Shown here: one piece after another, positions 59,177 through 64,000 of the stretch
Layout: each line of letters starts with the position of its first letter
Numbering within the stretch: position 1 is the first letter of the stretch
NCBI RefSeq assembly: GCF_044704955.1
Contig: NC_091984.1
Coordinates: 145,390,001 to 145,454,000 of the forward strand
Direction: 5' to 3'
Length of the DNA stretch: 64,000 bases
Source of the DNA: Pristiophorus japonicus
Taxonomy: Eukaryota
Made by a program: the position numbers and the translations under genes
Notes under the pieces: model-generated
Databases searched by the model: none
Told to the model about the DNA's origin: nothing
The model's input: the letters and a program-made list of their open reading frames with translations, nothing else

Positions 59177-62100
59177 GATCTGGCGGGCCGTAACGGGGGA
59201 TTTCTCATTCTCAAATGCCTCCATGACCATAAGCAAGTCCGCTGGCTGTGCCATTTCCACCCCAGTGGTGGGCAACGGCAGCCGACTGAGAGCATCTGTG
59301 CAGTTCTCTGTGCCTGGTCTGTGGCGAATTACATAGTTGTATGCCAACAGTATGAGCGCCTATCTTTGGATTCGGGCAGAGGCATTGGTATTGATCCTTT
59401 GCTCTCTGAGAATAGCGAAATGAGCGGCTTGTGATCTGTTTCAAGTTCGAACGTCAGGCCAAGCAAGTACTGGTGATTTTTTTTACCCTGTAAACACACG
59501 CCAGAGTCTCTTTTTCAATCATGCTGTAGGCCCCTTCAGCCTTGGACAAACTCCTAGATGCATATGCAACCGGTTGCAAAATCCCCAATTCATTAGCCTG
59601 TTGTAACACACACCCAGCCCTGTATGACGACGCATCGCAAGCTAACACTAGTCGTTTACATGGGTTATACAGGACAAGCAGTTTGTTAGAACACAGTAAA
59701 TTTCTGGCTTTCTTAAAAGCAGCCTCTTGTGAATTCCCCCATACCCAGTCGTCTCCCCTGCGCAGTAGCGCATGCAAGGGTTCTAGTAGGGTGCTTAACC
59801 CAGGTCGGAAATTACCGAAGTAGTTCAGGAGTCCCAGAAACGACGGCAGTTCTGTGGTCACAGCGTGTTCTTGATGGCCTCCGTCTTGGCGTCAGTCGGT
59901 CTGATGCCATCTGCTGCGATCCTTCTTCCTAATAATTCAACCTCCTGTGCCAGGAATACACACTTTGAGCGTTTCAACCTGAGCCCCACGCGATCCAACC
60001 GACTAAGAACCTCATCCATAGTGCTCCATAGTGTCCCAACCTGTAACCAATATGTTGTCCTGGAAGACCAGTGTACAAGGAACCGACTTTAGCAGGCTTT
60101 CCATGTTTTGCTGAAAGATTGCTGCAGCCGACCGAATCCCGAACGGGCACCGGTTCTAAATAAATAGACCTTTGTGCGAGTTGATGCAGGTGGGGCCTTT
60201 TGAAGACTCCTCCAGCTCCTGCGCCATGTAGGCCGAGGTCAGGTCCAGCTTGTGAACGTCTTCCCTCCAGCAAGGTCGCAAATAGGGCGTCTGCCTTGGG
60301 TAGCGAAAAACGGTTAATTGTTACTTTATAGTCACCGCAAATTCTAACCGTACTGTCCTCCTTGAGTATGGGAACAATCAGGCCGGCCCAGTGTTGAATC
60401 CCACCGGCGCGATGATGCCCTCACGTTACAGGTCCAGCTCGATTTCCACTTTTTCACGCTTCACCTACGGTACCGCCTGAGCCTTGTGGTGGATCGGTCG
60501 CGTACCAGGAACCAAATGGATCTGCACTTGCGCCCCCGAGAAATTTCCAATGCCTGGCTCGAATAATGATGAGAACTTGCTTAGAATCTGGGTACATGCG
60601 GTGTCATCAACTGACGAAAGTGCTCGGATGTCGTCCCAGTTCCAGCGGATTTTCTCCAGCCAGCTTCTGCCAAATAACGTGGGGCCATCCCCTGGCACAA
60701 TCCATAGCGGGAGTTCGTGTACTGCTCCATTATAGGAGACTTTGACTTCAGCACTGCCAATTACCGAGATTAGTTCCCTTGTCTAAGTCCTTAACTTCGT
60801 GTGAATGGGGCTGAGCTTGGGCCTGTGTGCAATGGCTGCAGAACAATGGGACACTTCCAACGAATGTGCAGGTGAGCTACAAACCCTGCCATCCCTACAA
60901 ATTACCACGTTGCAGAGGAAGATCGGTCCACAGTGGAGCAGACGGATCTGGGTGCCTTCTTCCCCCACAGCCTGTCGAAGGCTGTTTTACTCATTATGGA
61001 CTGACTTGCTCCCGTGTCCATCTCCATTGACACTGGAATACCGTTCAGTTCAACTTTCAACATTATTGGTGGGCATTGCGTCGTGAACGTGTGTAAACCA
61101 TACACCTCTGCCTCCTCAGTATGAGTTTTCAATTCCATTTATCCACTGTGGACCAATCTTCCTCTGCAACGTGGTGGTTTGCAGGGTTTGCAGCTCGTCT
61201 GCACATTCGTTGGAGGTGTCCCATTGTTCTGTAACCATTGCATACATAGTGCTTAAAGTGGCATTGATGGGGCCGATGATCACCTCCGCAGCACCAACAG
61301 GGTGTTAACTGCCTCGCATTAACAGATGATGACGGATTCTGGGTCAATTGAGGTCAGGCCACAGCAGCCAGTGTGTACATTCTGCCATGTACATTTCTGC
61401 TCAAAACTGACGTTACTTTATGCACAGTACTGGCCAAAACTTCTTTGTTCTGCGAAATCTGCTTGGTGTTGTCGCTGGTGGACATAAATGCTTAGGCTAT
61501 CGTTATGGCTTTATTCAGATTCGCAGTTTCTACAGTCAACAAGCTTGCGAAGGATTGTTTCATGTCCAATGCCCACCACAAAAAAGTCTCTGAGCATTTG
61601 TTCTAGGAATCCCTCAAACTCACAATGTTCTGCAAGGTGCCTTAGTTCGGTGACGTAGCTTGCCACTTCCTGGTCCCCTGATCGTTGACACGTGTAGAAC
61701 CGATATCTCACCGTCAAAAGGCTTTCCTTAGGATTTAGGAACTCCCGGACCAGCGTACACAGTTCTTCATAGGATTTATCTGTTGGTTTAGCCGGGGCCA
61801 GGAGATTCTTCATGAGGCCATAGGTAGTGGCCCTACAGACGGTTATGAGGATCGCCCTTCGTTTGGTCACGTTCTCGTCCCCTTCCAGCTTGTTGGCTAA
61901 GAAGTATTGGTCGAGTCTCTCCACATAGTCCTCCCTATCATCCCCCTGCGAGAACTTCTCCAGGGTGCCAACTGTTCTTTGCATTTACACGCGGTTCGTT
62001 ATCTTGTCACCAATTGTTATGCTCATAATAAATGCTCAGACCGATTACTGCGTGTAATGAGCAAGTGTGACCTTAGCTCCTTTATTGTAGTTCCAGAGTG

Positions 62101-62359
62101 CAGGTACCTCGTGGGTGGCCTGCTTATATACTGTACTGCCAAGGGATGCTGGGATCCCTTGGGACTCCAACAGGTAGGCCCTCTGGTGGGCAGGTGTGAT
62201 GCAAGTTACAATGTTAAAAGGGGTCAAATACATAACAACAATGCTCCTGTGAAGCACTCAGGGAGTTTTACTGTGTTAAAGGTGCTGTATAAAAGTTGCT
62301 GTTGTTGTTTGTTCTGAGTTAGCTGTTCCAACTGAGGTCGGGATATGACTCACAGCTCA

Positions 62360-62699
62360 GACTGTGCGGCATCCAGTGATGCAATGTTGTATCGTGGGTT
62401 CAAGCCCCACTCCAGGGACCTGAGTGCAAAATAAAGACATGCACTACTGTGCAGTCCTGAGGGAGTGCTGCAGTGTCAGAGGGGCAGTACTGAGGGAGTG
62501 CTGCACTGTCAGAGGGGCAGTACTGAGGGAGTGCCACACTGTCGGAGGAGCAGTAATGAGGGAGTGCTGCACTGTCAGAGGGGCAGTACTGAGGGAGTGC
62601 TATATTGTCGGAGGGGCAGTTCTGAGGGAGTGCTGCACTGTCAGAGGACAGTACTGAGGGAGTGCTGCACTGTCGGCGGGGCAGTACTGAGGGGTTGCC
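62360..62699 (+). repeat. SINE head and 33-bp tandem repeat, about 7 copies (paralog of 25400-25688)
   Basis: Units start at 62461, 62494, 62527, 62560, 62593, 62626 and 62659. Confidence 0.92.
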
Positions 62700-64000
62700 T
62701 GTAGGTGGTTCTCTCAGCCGTACCAAAAATGCACCTCCTACTACAAGTTCTGGACGATAGGGATTATATGGATAGATGAGACTTGGACACACGTTTTTCG
62801 GGTTCAACCGTATTGTGTTGAATAAGATGAACAACACCACTCATAAACAGTGCAAAATAGTACAACCCTGGCTTGTCCAATAAGCCCTGCCGTGCTAAGT
62901 TAGCACAGCTTAATAAAAGGACCCTCCCATGAAATAAACGAACACAGGACCCCCCCTTGGGTTTGGTTGGGACTTACAATCACCCCCTCACACAGTTAAG
63001 TGGTCTTGTGGATGTGTAGGCGCAGGTAATATGCTCACACGGATTGCCCGTTGTCTTGCTTGCAGCTTCTTCCTGAACATCTCACTCCTGGGCTTTTTCA
63101 TGGCTTTTTCCTGGGCTTTTCTGAAGCTTTTACCTGAGCTTTTACCTGAGCTTTTTCCTGGGCTTTTTCCTGGGCTTTGTCCTGGGCTTTTTCCGGAGCG
63201 TTCTTCCTCCTGAGCTGGAGTTTGTTGCAAAGTGGCTCCTTATATCCCCAAAACTCATCACCTTTCCTCCCGCCAATACTGACCGATGGATTGACTACGG
63301 TGATTTGTCTGGATCCCCTCTCCCCGTAGAGCCTTTGATTCTTTGTGAAAAATGATGTTTTATTTTCCCGCTCCCAGACCTTGCGTCTGGAGAGACAATG
63401 GGTGCTGATTACTGGATGTCTGTCGTTTCCTGAGTTGATGGCCCCCATTAGCAGGTAATGGGTTTCGATCACAAACCGATCTTGCTTAACCGGCTTATCT
63501 CCTGGAAGACAATGGGCCGGCCATTTCCTGCCTTGCACCAGTTTGGGTTGGGACTGAGTTGTGACTGTGCTTTAATAATGCGAAGGCACAGTGTCTCTGA
63601 GTTACCTCTCGGGGTATTGTTCCCAGGAATCACTTTAGATGGTGATGACATCAATGGGCCTGGGTTCCCTGCCACCCAGCCTGTCAGTGTGAAATGTCCA
63701 GTTGGATATGAATGCAGCTTAGTGCCACCCCACAAGCTCGCCAAACAGTACAGTTCTTTCTTGTGAATCTGGATTTAAGGATTTAAAGTATTGTTGATAG
63801 AAATAGCCAGAAAGTTGGGGCTACAATCCCCCCGCTGATATTTTGTCACCAAAACCAGAAATATCTCGAATTGCGTCGTCTTCTGCTGTGGGAGGTGCAT
63901 TGTGGGTCCATTGCTGATCAATTACACCCGGGCTTCCGTTTCTTCTGATTTCCTGATTAAGACAAACATAACAACACCACCGTTCTGTGAGCGGTTTTCC
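62700..64000 (-). mobile_element. Retrovirus-like 3' LTR (62700-63825) with PPT and internal sequence running off the window end
   Basis: TGTAG...CTACA inverted termini. The minus-strand GCGGGGGGAT (63835-63826) directly precedes TGTAG, and an open frame spans 64000-63821. Confidence 0.75.

Larger units (their letters stand above)
51164..62237 (-). mobile_element. Ty3/Gypsy LTR retrotransposon (outer), degenerate gag-pol, LTRs 62015-62237 (5') and 51164-51386 (3')
   Basis: TG...CA LTRs, PBS TGGTGACAAG next to 62012 and PPT GGGGGAGTGA at 51396-51387. Gag 61511-61984, CCHC 61129-61347, protease MDTGASQS, RNase H LACDASSY, integrase LVSDNGPCFTS. TSD ACAAC/ACAAT. Confidence 0.95.

Overview
Eukaryotic DNA, most likely a cartilaginous fish (shark-type Ig and repeat families). 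The one host locus is a non-rearranged immunoglobulin light-chain cluster of the kappa class (shark type III/NS4-like) on the + strand. Its parts are a promoter (~3380-3500), leader exon (3534-3582), V with a 12-RSS (3763-5357), J with a 23-RSS (6641-6713), a ~16.1 kb J-C intron, an intact C exon (22851-23179) and AATAAA (23770). The cluster looks recently pseudogenised: a 5'-truncated CR1 LINE sits inside V framework 1, and the J has lost a base in its F-G-x-G motif, while C remains open. Most of the rest is nested mobile DNA: many CR1 LINEs (one near full length with an esterase ORF1), RTE, L2 and Tx1 fragments, SINEs and MITEs. There is also a Harbinger transposon carrying a 1.6 kb 11-bp satellite, a Gypsy inserted in another Gypsy with intact LTRs and target-site duplications (TSDs), a solo LTR, two different retrovirus-like remnants, and a local segmental duplication. 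An assembly gap lies at 42464-42608. I found no CRISPR, rRNA or tRNA genes, and no wholly new system that I can firmly support. The best leads are a possible V-less leader-C product, a DR3 nuclear-receptor array and an env-like remnant. Repeat boundaries were read by eye and are approximate unless junctions are quoted.
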